A stretch of 64,000 nt of DNA, taken from Kiloniellales bacterium (GTDB lineage Bacteria > Pseudomonadota > Alphaproteobacteria > Kiloniellales > JAKSDN01). A model generated the notes under the pieces. That model was given only the letters and a program-made list of their open reading frames with translations. It searched no databases and had not been told where the DNA came from. Shown in pieces: positions 9,355-21,135 of this stretch; position 1 is the first letter of the stretch, and each line of letters begins with the position of its first letter. A program made the position numbers and the translations under genes. Where the stretch lies: NCBI GenBank assembly GCA_041617155.1, contig JBFJPL010000001.1:18834-82833 (forward strand), given 5' to 3'.

Positions 9355-9876
9355 ATGCGGAGCGATCGAACATTGTCTGAGAAGGTGTGCCAACCCGAAG
9401 AGCTCGGCGTCGAAGCGATATTCGAAATGCCCGGCCACCTGCTTCGACGCTGCCATCAGATCGGCGTTGCGATCTTCATAAACGAGTGCGAGCCCTACGA
9501 GCTGACACCGTTGCAATACGTGACCCTGGCGGCACTGGCGCGATACGGTCCTCATGATCAGGTGACTCTTGGTGGTTTTACCGCGCTCGACCGAACGACA
9601 ATCGCGGTCGTTATCAAGAATCTCGAGGAGCGGGCGCTCGTATCTCGACACTCTTCGACAAAGGACAAGCGCTCGAAGATCGTCGAGATCACCGACACCG
9701 GCCGAGACCTGTTGCTGGCAGCCAAACCCTACGTGGAGCACGCGCAGGACCGCATCGTTGCGCCGCTGAACCACCGCGAACGCGAGCAGCTTACGCGACT
9801 CCTGAGCAAGATTGCCGATGGGAACAATGCGCTCAGCAGGGCGCCGAAGCGCGTAAGATCGAGAGGGACCGATTGA
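9355..9876 (+). CDS. MarR-family transcriptional regulator
   Basis: PGHLLRRCHQIGVAIF...LTPLQYVTLAAL...DRTTIAVVIKNLEERALVSRHSSTKDKRSKIVEITDTGRDLL is a winged-helix MarR pattern. Confidence 0.85.
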   Translation: MRSDRTLSEKVCQPEELGVEAIFEMPGHLLRRCHQIGVAIFINECEPYELTPLQYVTLAALARYGPHDQVTLGGFTALDRTTIAVVIKNLEERALVSRHSSTKDKRSKIVEITDTGRDLLLAAKPYVEHAQDRIVAPLNHREREQLTRLLSKIADGNNALSRAPKRVRSRGTD

Positions 9877-10032
9877 CATGGCCGCGGTCTTTGAGAACAA
9901 AGCAAGAAATTTGCCTGGTAGATCCCGGTGGCTGCGGGCCCCGGCAGCCAAATCCAACTCAGCCCACTTTGATGAGCTGACACCGGCTCTTGATGCGGCT
10001 GCTCGATTTTCATTCCTGGAATTCCCCGAGGG

Positions 10033-11376
10033 TTAAGAGCTGGCGTTCCCGAGCTTGGCGTAAGAAGCGAGAAGTCGGTCCACCAGCAAGGGCGCGGATC
10101 CGACACTCCCCTCGATCCGGCGAAGATCCTCCCAGTCGATCGGGGCTTTCGTGCGCTCGGCCAGAACGTCGAACATGTGGCGGCGCGCGCCGATCGCTTC
10201 CCGGCATGCGCTTTTGACCAGGGACTGCGCTTTCGGGCGGGCCATGTGCCGGGCGAGCGCGAAGGTGGCGGCTTCGGCCAGGATCAAGCCCTGCGAAGCA
10301 TCGAGATTGGCCCGCATGCGATCAGCGTCGGCCACGAGGTTCCTGGCCGCGGCCTCGGCATGGCGGAGGGCCGTGCCGGTCGCCACGGCCATCTGCGGCA
10401 GGGCCAGCCATTCCAGCATCCAGGCCGCGCCGTCGCGCTCCTCCGCGTGCAACACGGCTTGATGCACGGCGCTCACCTGCGCGGCATTGAAGCGCGCGAG
10501 CGCGACGAGTGTCTCCGCAACCACCGGATTGGACTTCTGCGGCATGGTCGAGGAGCCCCCGCCGGCACCAGCCCGCACCTCGGCGATCTCCGACTTCCCG
10601 AGCAGGATCAGGTCCTGTCCCATCTTGCCGAGACCGCCGGTGACAAGCGCCAGCCAGCCGGCGAGTTCCGCCAAGGCGTCACGCTCAGCATGCCAGGGCC
10701 CGGGCGGACGGCGGAGATCGAGCTCGTCGGCGAGCGCCTCCAGCACGGCGACACCCCGATCGCCCAGCGCGGCGAGCGTGCCGGAGGCGCCGCCGAGCTG
10801 CACCCCGAGGAGACGCGGGCGAAGCTCGGCCAGACGCCGACGATGCCGGATCAACGGCGCGAGCCACCCGGCGATCTTCAGTCCGAAGGTGGTCGGCGTG
10901 GCCTGCTGGGAACGGGTGCGTGCCGCCATGACGGTGTCGCGGTATCGCTTCGCCTGTTTGGCGAGCGCATCGGACGCGGCCGCCAGACGGGTGTCGAATC
11001 CCTCGAGACAATCGCGCAGGCGCAGCACAAGTCCTGTATCCATGATGTCCTGCGAAGTGGCGCCCCAATGGACGAAGTTCGCCGCCTCGCCGCCGACCGC
11101 TTCGCGAACCCGGGCGACCAGACCCGGGATCGGCACGCCATTTTCCGCAGTGGCGGGCGCCAGGGAAGCAGGGTCGATCTCGAGGCGCGTAGCGACCTCC
11201 GCGATCCGGGTCGCCGCCTTGCCGGGGATGACGCCGAGCCGGCCCTGGACTTGCGCCAAGGCGGCCTCGACGCGCAGCAGCGCTCGCAATTCGGCCGCCG
11301 CGGAGAAGTGGGCCGCGGTCTCCTCGTCCGACAACAGATCGCGATACAGTGCGGAGTCAAATGGGGTCACGGTCAT
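10033..11376 (-). CDS. pcaB: 3-carboxy-cis,cis-muconate cycloisomerase
   Basis: Fumarate-lyase superfamily signature GGGSSTMPQKSNP, WGATSQDIMDTG, and pca operon context. Confidence 0.9.
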   Translation of the reverse strand: MTVTPFDSALYRDLLSDEETAAHFSAAAELRALLRVEAALAQVQGRLGVIPGKAATRIAEVATRLEIDPASLAPATAENGVPIPGLVARVREAVGGEAANFVHWGATSQDIMDTGLVLRLRDCLEGFDTRLAAASDALAKQAKRYRDTVMAARTRSQQATPTTFGLKIAGWLAPLIRHRRRLAELRPRLLGVQLGGASGTLAALGDRGVAVLEALADELDLRRPPGPWHAERDALAELAGWLALVTGGLGKMGQDLILLGKSEIAEVRAGAGGGSSTMPQKSNPVVAETLVALARFNAAQVSAVHQAVLHAEERDGAAWMLEWLALPQMAVATGTALRHAEAAARNLVADADRMRANLDASQGLILAEAATFALARHMARPKAQSLVKSACREAIGARRHMFDVLAERTKAPIDWEDLRRIEGSVGSAPLLVDRLLASYAKLGNASS

Positions 11377-11391
11377 GCGGTCATCAAGAAC

Positions 11392-12219
11392 TCAAGAGGG
11401 CAGAGACAGCATCTGACGCGCTTCCGCCGGCGTCGCGGGCTTCCTGCCGTACTCGGAGCAGAGCTCGGCGACCCGGGCGACCAGCTCGGCGTTGCTCGCC
11501 GCCAGCCGCGTCCGGTCGAAGCGGAGGTTGTCCTCGAGGCCGGTCCGGCAGTGGCCGCCCAGGTCCAGCGCCCAGTGGTTCATCTGCAGCTGATCGCGGC
11601 CAATGCCGGCGGCGGTCCAGGTCGCCTCCGGCATCAAGTTCTTCAACTGAGCGACCTCGAACTCCAGAATCTCACGGCGGGCCGGCAAGGCGTTTTTCAG
11701 ACCGAAGACGAATTGCACGTGGACCGGTTTGGCCAGCAGGCCGGCCTCGGCCATTTCGGCCGCCGTGTAGAGCATCGCCAGGTCGAAGACCTCGACCTCC
11801 GGCTTGATCCCCTTCTCGAGCATGGTCTCGGCCAGACTGCGGACCAGGTCCGGGTGGTTCTCGTAGACCATGTTCGGAAAATTGACCGACCCGGTCGCGA
11901 GCGAAGCCATGTCCGGCTTCAGGTAGAGCATGCCGCCACGCTGCTCCGGCGCCCGGCCGCGCCCTCCGGTCGAGAATTGGATGATCATGTCTGGGCAGTG
12001 TCTGCGAACGCCTTCCTGAAAGGCGGAGAACTTCTCGGGGTCCGAGGACGAGCTTTCATCGGCCTCGCGGGCATGGACATGGACCAGGGCCGCGCCAGCC
12101 TCGAAGGCCTCGTGGGTCGATTCGATCTGCTCCGCGACCGTGATCGGCACGGCCGGATTGTCCTTTTTGCGCGGCACCGATCCGGTGATCGCGACGGCGA
12201 TGATGCAGGGTTGGCTCAT
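11392..12219 (-). CDS. BKACE-family enzyme (3-keto-5-aminohexanoate cleavage enzyme-like, DUF849)
   Basis: IIAVAITGSVPRKKDNPAVPITVAEQIESTHEAFEAGAALVHVHAR...CRTGLEDNL is the TIM-barrel BKACE pattern. Inserted between pcaG and pcaB. Confidence 0.8.
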   Translation of the reverse strand: MSQPCIIAVAITGSVPRKKDNPAVPITVAEQIESTHEAFEAGAALVHVHAREADESSSSDPEKFSAFQEGVRRHCPDMIIQFSTGGRGRAPEQRGGMLYLKPDMASLATGSVNFPNMVYENHPDLVRSLAETMLEKGIKPEVEVFDLAMLYTAAEMAEAGLLAKPVHVQFVFGLKNALPARREILEFEVAQLKNLMPEATWTAAGIGRDQLQMNHWALDLGGHCRTGLEDNLRFDRTRLAASNAELVARVAELCSEYGRKPATPAEARQMLSLPS

Positions 12220-12271
12220 GGCATTTCCTCTCCAGGGTGCACCGGAGACCGGCCCGTGGCCAGGTCTCGGT

Positions 12272-12859
12272 TCAGGTATCGAAGAAGACCGTCTCCTGCT
12301 CGCCTTGTAGTCGAACGTCGAAGCGGTAGACGGCTTGGCCGCCGCGATCCTCGCGCTGTCCGATCAAGGTCGCGCGGCGGCTCTTCTGTTCGATACGGTT
12401 CAGCACCGGATCGTCGGCGTTCGCCGCCTCCTCGTCGGAGAAGTACATGCGCGTGGACAGCCCGATGTTTATGCCCCTGGCGACGATCCAGAAGCACACG
12501 TGCGGCGCCATCTTGCCCCCGTCGCGGCCGGGCACCGGCCCGGGCTTGACGGTTTCGAAGACATATTCGCCGGTCTTGAAGTCGGATCCGGCGCGCGCCC
12601 AGCCGCGGAACTTCGCATTGTCGTAGCTGCCCGCCTTGTCCGCCTGCCAGATTTCCACGAGCGCGTCTCGGAGCGGCGTACCGGCGCCGTCGTAGACCAC
12701 GCCCTCGATGCGGATCCGCTCGCCCGTGCCCTCGATGACGTTGCCGAAGTCGTTCTCGAATATGTCAAAGCCGGCTTGCTTCGGGATTAGTCCAATGTGC
12801 ACGTAGGGACCCGCCGTTTGAGACGGCGATTCTTTCAAGTAGCCGAGATCCTGGGGCAT
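12272..12859 (-). CDS. pcaG: Protocatechuate 3,4-dioxygenase alpha subunit
   Basis: SPSQTAGPYVHIGL...EIWQADKAG...APHVCFWIVARGINIGLSTRMYF. Confidence 0.92.
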   Translation of the reverse strand: MPQDLGYLKESPSQTAGPYVHIGLIPKQAGFDIFENDFGNVIEGTGERIRIEGVVYDGAGTPLRDALVEIWQADKAGSYDNAKFRGWARAGSDFKTGEYVFETVKPGPVPGRDGGKMAPHVCFWIVARGINIGLSTRMYFSDEEAANADDPVLNRIEQKSRRATLIGQREDRGGQAVYRFDVRLQGEQETVFFDT

Positions 12860-12862
12860 GGT

Positions 12863-13963
<1,101 letters not shown>

Positions 13964-13971
<8 letters not shown>

Positions 13972-14758
13972 GGCCGGCCTCCCTTGCAAAATCGTCGATC
14001 AGATGCGCCAGACCGTCGGGTGCCTCGACGCAGGGCAGGTGTCCGACGCCGTCGATCGTTGTGAAGCGGGAATTTGGAATCAGGTCCGCCAGCGATCGGA
14101 CGAGCGCGGGCGGCGTGGCGCCATCCTCTGTCCCGACCACGCACAGCGCTGGCACCCGCAGCGTTTTCGCCGCATCCGTCAGATCGGCGTCGCGGATCGT
14201 CGCGCAAGTGCCCACATACCCTTCCACGGGTGTGCGGATCAGCATGTTGCGCCAGCCTGCGAGCTCGGCCGGGCGCTCGGCGCGGAACCGCGCGGAGAAC
14301 CAGCGCTCCAGGATGGGCTCGGCCAGCGCCTCGATTCCGCCCGCGCGGATCGCCGCGATCCTCTGGTCCCACATGTCGGGCGGGCCGATCCTGTGCGCGG
14401 TGTCGCACAGCACCAGCGCGCGCGCCAGATCCGGGCGCGCGGCCGCCAGGGCCTGTGCGATCATGCCGCCGACCGAGAGACCGACCAGCAGCGCGCCACG
14501 GATTTCCAGGAGATCGAGCAGCCCAGCGAGGTCGGCGACGTGATCCGACAGCGGGTAAGGCGCTGGCGGTGCTTCCGAAAGCCCGTGGCCGCGCTTGTCG
14601 TAACGCACGACCCGGAAATCGCGGGCGACGGCTTCGACGACGCCGCCCCAGATTCGAAAGTCGGTGCCCAGCGAGTTGGCGAAAACCAACGCCGGCTTCG
14701 AGTCCGCTCCGGTGATCGAATGGTGAAGCACGGCGCCGTTGATCTGCGCGAACCTCAT
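13964..14758 (-). CDS. pcaD: 3-oxoadipate enol-lactonase
   Basis: Alpha/beta hydrolase with GLSVGG nucleophile elbow, VFANSLGTDFRIW, RYDKRGHGLS. First gene of the pca operon. Confidence 0.9.
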
Positions 14759-14829
14759 GTGACACCTCCATCGCCCAAGTTCGGCAGGCGCGCCTGTGCG
14801 GCAAGCCGGATCGTAACATTGGCGGCGCC

Positions 14830-15768
14830 GTGCAACATATTGCTTTTCAGACGGACGACATCTTTCGGATGCAGGGGCGCTCCAAACGGGAGGGGCTTTC
14901 TCTTCTCCCGGTGCCTGGGTCGTATTATGGCGACCTCAAGAAGGAAGGCTATGACCCGGCGCTCGTCCGCCGCCTAGAGGAGAACGGCGTCATGATCGAC
15001 ACCGCGGGCGGCGGGCGGTTTCTGCATGCCGACACCCAGCCCATGGCGGGCGGTCTGGGCAACGACACCATGTACGGCCAGGACGGCGCGGAAACCTACG
15101 TGTTCAGCCGCGGCGACGGGATCGATGCGCTCGACGACAACGGCTGGGACGACACCGACGTGCTGGCGATCCATGACTACAGCCCGGATGAGGTGACGCT
15201 GGGAAACATGGTCCTGGGCAGCGACGGCCTGGTGCTGAGCTTTGCCGGGACGGCGGACCAGATCACTATCTGGAACACGCTGGGCAACAACCGGAACGAC
15301 AAGGTCGAGCAGTTCAAGTTCGATGACGGCACGCTGTGGACGCCGGCTGATATAAATGCCCGTTTGATCTCCGGCACCGGCGGCGGCGACGCGTTGACCG
15401 GCGGTGTTTTCGGCGATCATATCGAGGGCGGCGCCGGCAACGACACGCTTGACGGCCAGGGCGGACCCGACCTGCTGAAAGGCGGCACTGGCGACGACCT
15501 GCTGTGGGGCGGCCTGGGCGACGACACCTTGGTGTTCAAGACCGGCGCCGGCAACGACACGGTCCAGGTCTTCTCAGCCGGCCCAGGCAGCGACGACGTG
15601 CTGGACGTCGGCGGGCTCGGCTATCTCGACCTGGCTTCGGTGCTTGCCGACACGGTTCAGAACGGCACCGACGCGGTGATCACGCCATTGCCGCTGGGCG
15701 GTGACAGCATTACCCTGGTCGGAGTCGACAAGGCGACGCTGTATCAGGACGACTTCATATTTGTCTAG
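14830..15768 (+). CDS. Chimeric ORF: dehydroshikimate-dehydratase/HPPD-like C-terminal remnant fused to an RTX Ca-binding repeat protein
   Basis: The N-terminal ~65 aa (QHIAFQTDDIF...LLPVPGSYYGDL...DPALVRRLEENGVMID..GGRFLH) resembles the C-terminal VOC/HPPD-like domain. From GGLGNDTMYGQDG onward there are GGxGxD nonapeptides (GGAGNDTLDGQGGPDLLKGGTGDDLLWGGLGDDTLVF). It ends in DDFIFV, which resembles a T1SS signal. Confidence 0.65.
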   Translation: MQHIAFQTDDIFRMQGRSKREGLSLLPVPGSYYGDLKKEGYDPALVRRLEENGVMIDTAGGGRFLHADTQPMAGGLGNDTMYGQDGAETYVFSRGDGIDALDDNGWDDTDVLAIHDYSPDEVTLGNMVLGSDGLVLSFAGTADQITIWNTLGNNRNDKVEQFKFDDGTLWTPADINARLISGTGGGDALTGGVFGDHIEGGAGNDTLDGQGGPDLLKGGTGDDLLWGGLGDDTLVFKTGAGNDTVQVFSAGPGSDDVLDVGGLGYLDLASVLADTVQNGTDAVITPLPLGGDSITLVGVDKATLYQDDFIFV

Positions 15769-16000
15769 AAAAAGTTGACGCTCGTGGCGGGATCGGAAGC
15801 AAATTCAGCGGACGCTGCCCTCAGCGATGGCCGGCAGCGAACCGCAACCCGGGCCTCACAACAAAGGTCACTATCGATGGTCTTTGGCATGAGGCGTGGC
15901 GACAGATTCGATCCAAACTACCCGCACCGCGAGAACCTCCAAGCCTCGCCAGTCGGCTGAAAGACGTCTGCAGGTCGTTTCGTGTGGGCCGCGCGCCTGT

Positions 16001-16014
16001 TTGAGATGGATCAA
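16001..16014. promoter_or_regulatory. FNR/FixK-type anaerobox TTGAGATGGATCAA
   Basis: Matches TTGAT-N4-ATCAA at 9 of 10 specified positions. Sits 115 bp upstream of the P-type ATPase ATG at 16130. Confidence 0.7.
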
Positions 16015-16129
16015 TGTCACGGGTCTCGGGAGTCGCCATCACCCAATGTCGATGGCAGGCGGCGGACCGATGGCGCGAAGCGGGCTCAAACGAATGGACA
16101 AGCATTCTGGTTCGGCGCGGCCATGGGGG

Positions 16130-18878
16130 ATGACTGAGCCCGGCGCCCAACCTGGCGTCCCGGCCCCGCCAGGCGGGTTCGATGTAGTGGCGCCGGCGAC
16201 ACGTCCCTGGCCCACCCTGTCCGGGGATGAAGTTCTGGCGGCTCTAGCCAGCAGCGACCAGGGTTTGTCGGCGGTCGAGGCACGGGCACGGCTGGCGACG
16301 GTCGGTCGCAATGCGCTGCCGCGTGCCAAGCGGACCGGCATGCTCGGGCTGTACCTGCGCCAATTCAAGAACCCCCTGGTCTATCTCCTGCTGGCCGCCA
16401 CGGTGGTTTCGCTTTTCGTCGGCGAGCTGGCCGACGCGATCTTCATCTTCGCCGTGCTGCAGCTTAACGCCGCCATCGGTACTTTCCAGGAATGGAAGGC
16501 CGCGGCCAGCGCCGAGGCGTTGGATGCCCTGCTTAGCAGTAGCGCCGTGGTGGTCCGCGACGGCCTACGGCGCCGAATCGACACCTATGAACTGGTCCCC
16601 GGCGACTGGGTCCGACTGGAATCCGGCACCCGAGTGGCCGCCGACCTGCGCCTGCTCAGCGGTCGGGAATTGACGGTCGACGAATCCCTTCTCACCGGCG
16701 AATCGACGCCGGTGACCAAGGACGCCGCGTTTTTGTGCCAGGCCAAGACCCCGGTCGCCGACCAGCACAACATGCTTCACGCCGGCACCACCATGCTTTC
16801 GGGGCGGGCCGAAGGGGTCGTTACGGCGACCGGAAGCCGAACCGAAATCGGCCGTATAGCCGCGGCCCTCGCGCGGGGCGAAGCGGCCGCGCCGCCGCCC
16901 TTGGTGCTCAGGCTAGAACGCCTCAGCCGGCTCGTCGGCTTGGCCACGGTCGTCCTGATCGCGGCTCTGGCCGCTGCCCAGATCGCCCAGGGCACGCCTC
17001 TGGCCACGGTCTTCCTGGTCGCCGTGGCGCTGGCCGTGGCGGCCATACCCGAGGGCCTGCCGGTGGCGATCACGGTGGCGTTGGCGATCGCCACCAGCCG
17101 CATGGGACGGCGCAACGTGATCGTACGTTTTCTGCCGGCGGTCGAGGGTCTGGGCGCCTGCACCCTGATCGCCAGCGACAAGACCGGCACCCTGACCTGC
17201 AACGAGTTGACCGTGAAACGGGTCCGCCTGTTCGGCGACGGCGCGCCGGATCAAGCCGTCGAGATCGGCGGCGAGGGGTTCGAGCCGCGTGGCGACATCC
17301 GTCTTGCCGGCCGCGCTCTCGAACCGCTGGAAGCCGAAGCGCTCAGCCGGCTCGCGGCGTCGGGCGCCCTGTGCAACGAAGCCAGCGTCCGTTTCACCCC
17401 GGCCGGGACCGAACGCGTGGGGGACACGGTCGACGTCGCCTTTCTGGTGCTGGCGGCCAAGCTGGACCTGGACTTAGCGGCCCTGCGCTGCGCCGCGCCG
17501 CAGCTCGGGCTGGTGCCCTATGAACCCGAGCGCCGCTACGGCGCGGCTTTCACGCAAGGCACGCCGGACCAGGGTGCCGCCCCCGGCGCCACGGTTCACG
17601 TCAAGGGCGCGGCCGAGGTGGTGGTGCCCATGTGCCGGGAGATTGACCGCGAGCAGGTCCTCGCCGAGGCCGATAGCCTGGCGGCGCAGGGCTACCGGGT
17701 GCTGGCGGTCGCCCGTGGCGATGCGACCCAGAAAGACGCGCGGGCGTCGGCGCCGGACGCGCTCCACGATCTGCAATTGCTCGGCCTGGTCGGGTTGATC
17801 GACCCGGTCCGCCCGGAAGTTCCGGCGGCCGTCGCCCCGCTGCCGGGCCGCGGGCATCTCGGTGCGCATGATCACCGGCGATCATCCGGAAACCGCGCTC
17901 GCCGTCGCCCGCCGCCTCGACATCGCTGAGAGCTTGGCGGAGGTGGTGACCGGCCAGGACCTGAGGGTGGCCGGGCAGGACCCCGATGCGGTCGCGCGGC
18001 TGTTCGAACGCGGCCGGGTGTTCGCCCGTGTCGAGCCGGTTCAGAAATTGACGATCGTCGAAACGCTGCAACGGCTTGGCGATGTCGTGGCGGTCACCGG
18101 CGACGGGGTCAACGATGCGCCGGCCCTGAGCACCGCGGACATCGGCGTGGCCATGGGCCGGGACGGTACCGACGTCGCGCGCGGCGCGGCGGACCTGATC
18201 CTGACCGACGACAACTTCGCCTCGATCGTTGCCGGGGTGGAGGAAGGCCGCGTCGCCTACGACAACGTGCGCAAGCTCGTCTATCTGCTGATCGCGACCG
18301 GCCTTGCCGAAATCGTGCTGTTCTTCCTGGCCATCGTCTTTGCCCTGCCGTTGCCGCTCTTCGCGGTGCAGCTCTTGTGGCTCAACCTGGTGACCAACGG
18401 CATTCAAGACGTGGCGCTGGCCTTCGAGCGGGGCGAGCCGGGTATTCTCGAGCGGCCGCCCCGGCCGCCGAGCCAGTCGCTGTTTGACCGGCGAATGATC
18501 GGACAGGTGCTGGTGGCCGGCATCTACATGGGCACCATGGCGTTCTTCTTTTACGGCTGGTGCCTGGCCCAAGGGATGGCCGAGGACATGGCGCGCAATC
18601 TGCTGCTGCTGCTCATGGTGCTGTTCGAGAACGCGCACGCGCTCAACGCGCGCTCGGAAACCTGTTCGCTGTTCGGTGTGCCGCTCGCCGCCAACCGATT
18701 CCTGATCGCCGCGATACTGGGCGCCCAGGCCCTGCATATCGGCGTCATGTATCTCTTGGCACCGGACAACCTTTTGGGCGTGAAGCCGGTGGCGTTTTTC
18801 GACTGGATCTTGGTGGCGGCGGTGGCGACTTCCCTGATCGTGGTCATGGAGGCCTACAAGCGCCTGGTCGCCCGTTAA
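16130..18878 (+). pseudogene. P-type (E1-E2) cation-transporting ATPase interrupted by a +1 frameshift in a C-run at 17835-17838
   Basis: Track ORFs 15896-17929 and 17862-18878 are two halves of one ATPase (TGES, [32 protein letters not shown]). Removing one C restores [28 protein letters not shown]. The start is ambiguous (16051-16130). Confidence 0.8.
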
Positions 18879-18930
18879 GCCGCCCGCGATAGCGCCTTGT
18901 ACGGACCGCTCGGTTCGCAAGGCAAACGGC

Positions 18931-18944
18931 TTGACTTGAGTCAA
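18931..18944. promoter_or_regulatory. FNR/FixK-type anaerobox TTGACTTGAGTCAA
   Basis: Perfect TTGA-N6-TCAA dyad, 86 bp upstream of the FtsH-paralog start. Confidence 0.7.
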
Positions 18945-19030
18945 TACCGGGCCGGCCGGCGACCAGTACCTTGGTTGAAATCAGGTTCGAAACAACTAGG
19001 TATCAGGGGTAACGGGAAGGAAGCGCTGCG

Positions 19031-20908
19031 ATGGAACGCTTGCCCAAATGGCTGCCTTACGCCTTGATCATGGCGCTTCTCATTTTTCTGCTACTGCCCA
19101 ACCTGCGTGTCCAGCAGCCGGTGCCGGCGGTCGAGGTGCCCTACAGCGAGTTCAAGCGGATGGTCGCCGACGGCGAGGTCGCCGAGGTGACTCTGCGCGG
19201 CGACGAAGCCGCGGTGCTCCTCAAGCAGCCCCGGCCGCTCGGCGCGACCGGCGAACCGAGTGAGAAAGTCGTAACCCGGATTCCGGAGATTGGCGATCCA
19301 CAGCTTCTGCCCTCGCTCGAGGCCCAGAAGGTGACCGTCCGGAGCCAACGGAGCCCCGACGCGGGCGCCTTCGGTTGGCTTGGCGCCCTGCTGCCCTGGC
19401 TCCTGCTGTTCGGAGTCTACCTGTGGTTCTGGAACCGGATGCAGAAAAACATCGCCGGCCGCTTCGGCGGTCGCGATTTCGGCGAGTTCCTCAGCGGCTC
19501 GGCCAAACGCGAGGAGAAAGACGCCCCGCGGGTCACCTTCGATGACGTGGCCGGTCAGGACAGCGCCAAGCGGGAAGTGGCGGAGTTGGTCGACTTCCTG
19601 CGCGACCCCGAGCGTTACCGCGCTTTGGGCGCGGAGCCGCCGCGCGGCGTATTGCTGATGGGCCCGCCTGGCACCGGCAAGACCCTGTTGGCCCGGGCGC
19701 TGGCCGGCGAGGCCGGCGTTGAGTTCTTCCACATCTCGGCCTCGGAGTTCATCGAGATGTTCGTCGGCGTCGGCGCGTCGCGCGTGCGCAAGATGTTCGA
19801 GGAAGCCAAAAAACGGGCGCCGGCGATCATCTTCATGGACGAGCTCGACGCCGTGGGCCGGGTGCGCGGGACCGGGCTTGGCGGCGGCAACGACGAGCGC
19901 GAGCAGACCCTGAACCAGATCCTGGCGGAGATGGACGGCTTTTCCGGCCACGAGGCGGTCATCGTATTGGCCGCGACCAACCGGCCGGACGTGCTCGACC
20001 CGGCGCTGCTTCGACCCGGCCGTTTCGACCGTCATGTGACCCTGGAGTTGCCCGACAAGGCCGCGCGCGAAGCGATTCTCAAGGTTCATACGAAAGGCAA
20101 ACCGCTGGCCGCGGACGTCGACTTGAGTTTGGTCGCCGCCGGCACGCCGGGATTTTCCGGGGCCGACATCAAGAACCTGGTGAACGAGGCCGCCATGGCC
20201 TCCGCGCGGGCGGGTGTCGGCGAAATTTCCATGCAGCAGTTCGACGAGATGCGCGACAAGGTGATGATGGGCACGGTGCGCACCCTGGCGATCCAGCCCG
20301 AGGAGCACTACCGGCTGGCGGTCCACGAGGCCGGCCATACGGTCGTTGCCCATCGTCTGCCCAAGGCCGATCCGCTCTACAAGGTGACGATCATCCCGCG
20401 TGGCCGTGCGCTCGGCGGCACCCACATGCTGCCGGAGGAGGAGCGCCACACTTTGCCCGAGGACTACTTGAAGGACCGGCTTGCCGTCATGCTCGGTGGG
20501 CGGACTGCCGAGAAGAAGTTTCTCGGCAACGTAAGTTCCGGTGCCGACGACGACATCCGGCAGGCGACACAGCTTGCTCGCGCCATGGTGGCCCGCTGGG
20601 GCATGTCGGATGAGATCGGACCGTTCGATCTCAGGCAGAGCGAAGAGCACCCCTTCCTGGGGCGCGAGATCGCGCAGCCGCGCACCTTCAGCGAGACCAC
20701 GGCGCACGAGGTCGACGATGCCGTGCGCCGGCTTTTGCAGGAGGCCGAGCAGCGTGCCGCCAAGATAGTCGAGAAGGACAAGGGGCCCTTGAAAAAACTG
20801 ATCGCGGAGCTGGAAGAGCAGGAAACTCTGAGCCGCGAGCAAATCGAAGCGATCCTGGGACCGTCACACCAGGAAAGCGCAAACCGCAATATCGTACAGA
20901 TGGCCTGA
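19031..20908 (+). CDS. ftsH: FtsH-family ATP-dependent zinc metalloprotease (paralog)
   Basis: Two TM segments, Walker A GPPGTGKT, Walker [12 protein letters not shown] region, zinc site HEAGHTVVA. Confidence 0.92.
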   Translation: MERLPKWLPYALIMALLIFLLLPNLRVQQPVPAVEVPYSEFKRMVADGEVAEVTLRGDEAAVLLKQPRPLGATGEPSEKVVTRIPEIGDPQLLPSLEAQKVTVRSQRSPDAGAFGWLGALLPWLLLFGVYLWFWNRMQKNIAGRFGGRDFGEFLSGSAKREEKDAPRVTFDDVAGQDSAKREVAELVDFLRDPERYRALGAEPPRGVLLMGPPGTGKTLLARALAGEAGVEFFHISASEFIEMFVGVGASRVRKMFEEAKKRAPAIIFMDELDAVGRVRGTGLGGGNDEREQTLNQILAEMDGFSGHEAVIVLAATNRPDVLDPALLRPGRFDRHVTLELPDKAAREAILKVHTKGKPLAADVDLSLVAAGTPGFSGADIKNLVNEAAMASARAGVGEISMQQFDEMRDKVMMGTVRTLAIQPEEHYRLAVHEAGHTVVAHRLPKADPLYKVTIIPRGRALGGTHMLPEEERHTLPEDYLKDRLAVMLGGRTAEKKFLGNVSSGADDDIRQATQLARAMVARWGMSDEIGPFDLRQSEEHPFLGREIAQPRTFSETTAHEVDDAVRRLLQEAEQRAAKIVEKDKGPLKKLIAELEEQETLSREQIEAILGPSHQESANRNIVQMA

Positions 20909-21135
20909 GACCCCGAGGCCGGACAAAAGACCCTGTCGCAGCAAAGCGGGGTACCGCCGGATGCAATGGTCCTGGATCATGCCGACGGCCAGTGATACCT
21001 TGCCATTGGAAGTGGATTCTGTTCCGATTTGACCGCACGCAGCGGTAATCGTCGGATGGACGCCGGCCTGGGGCGGTGTCACGGATGCGCAGCCCGTGGC
21101 TGTAGTGAGCGAATGGGATTGGGGAGGTGTGGGTC

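Noticed and set aside
15040-15560. Tandem repetitive DNA in the 14830-15768 ORF considered as a possible CRISPR array or other repeat array.
   Set aside because: The periodicity is the 27-nt GGxGxDxxx RTX nonapeptide coding repeat, which is degenerate at the DNA level. There are no spacers and no cas genes.
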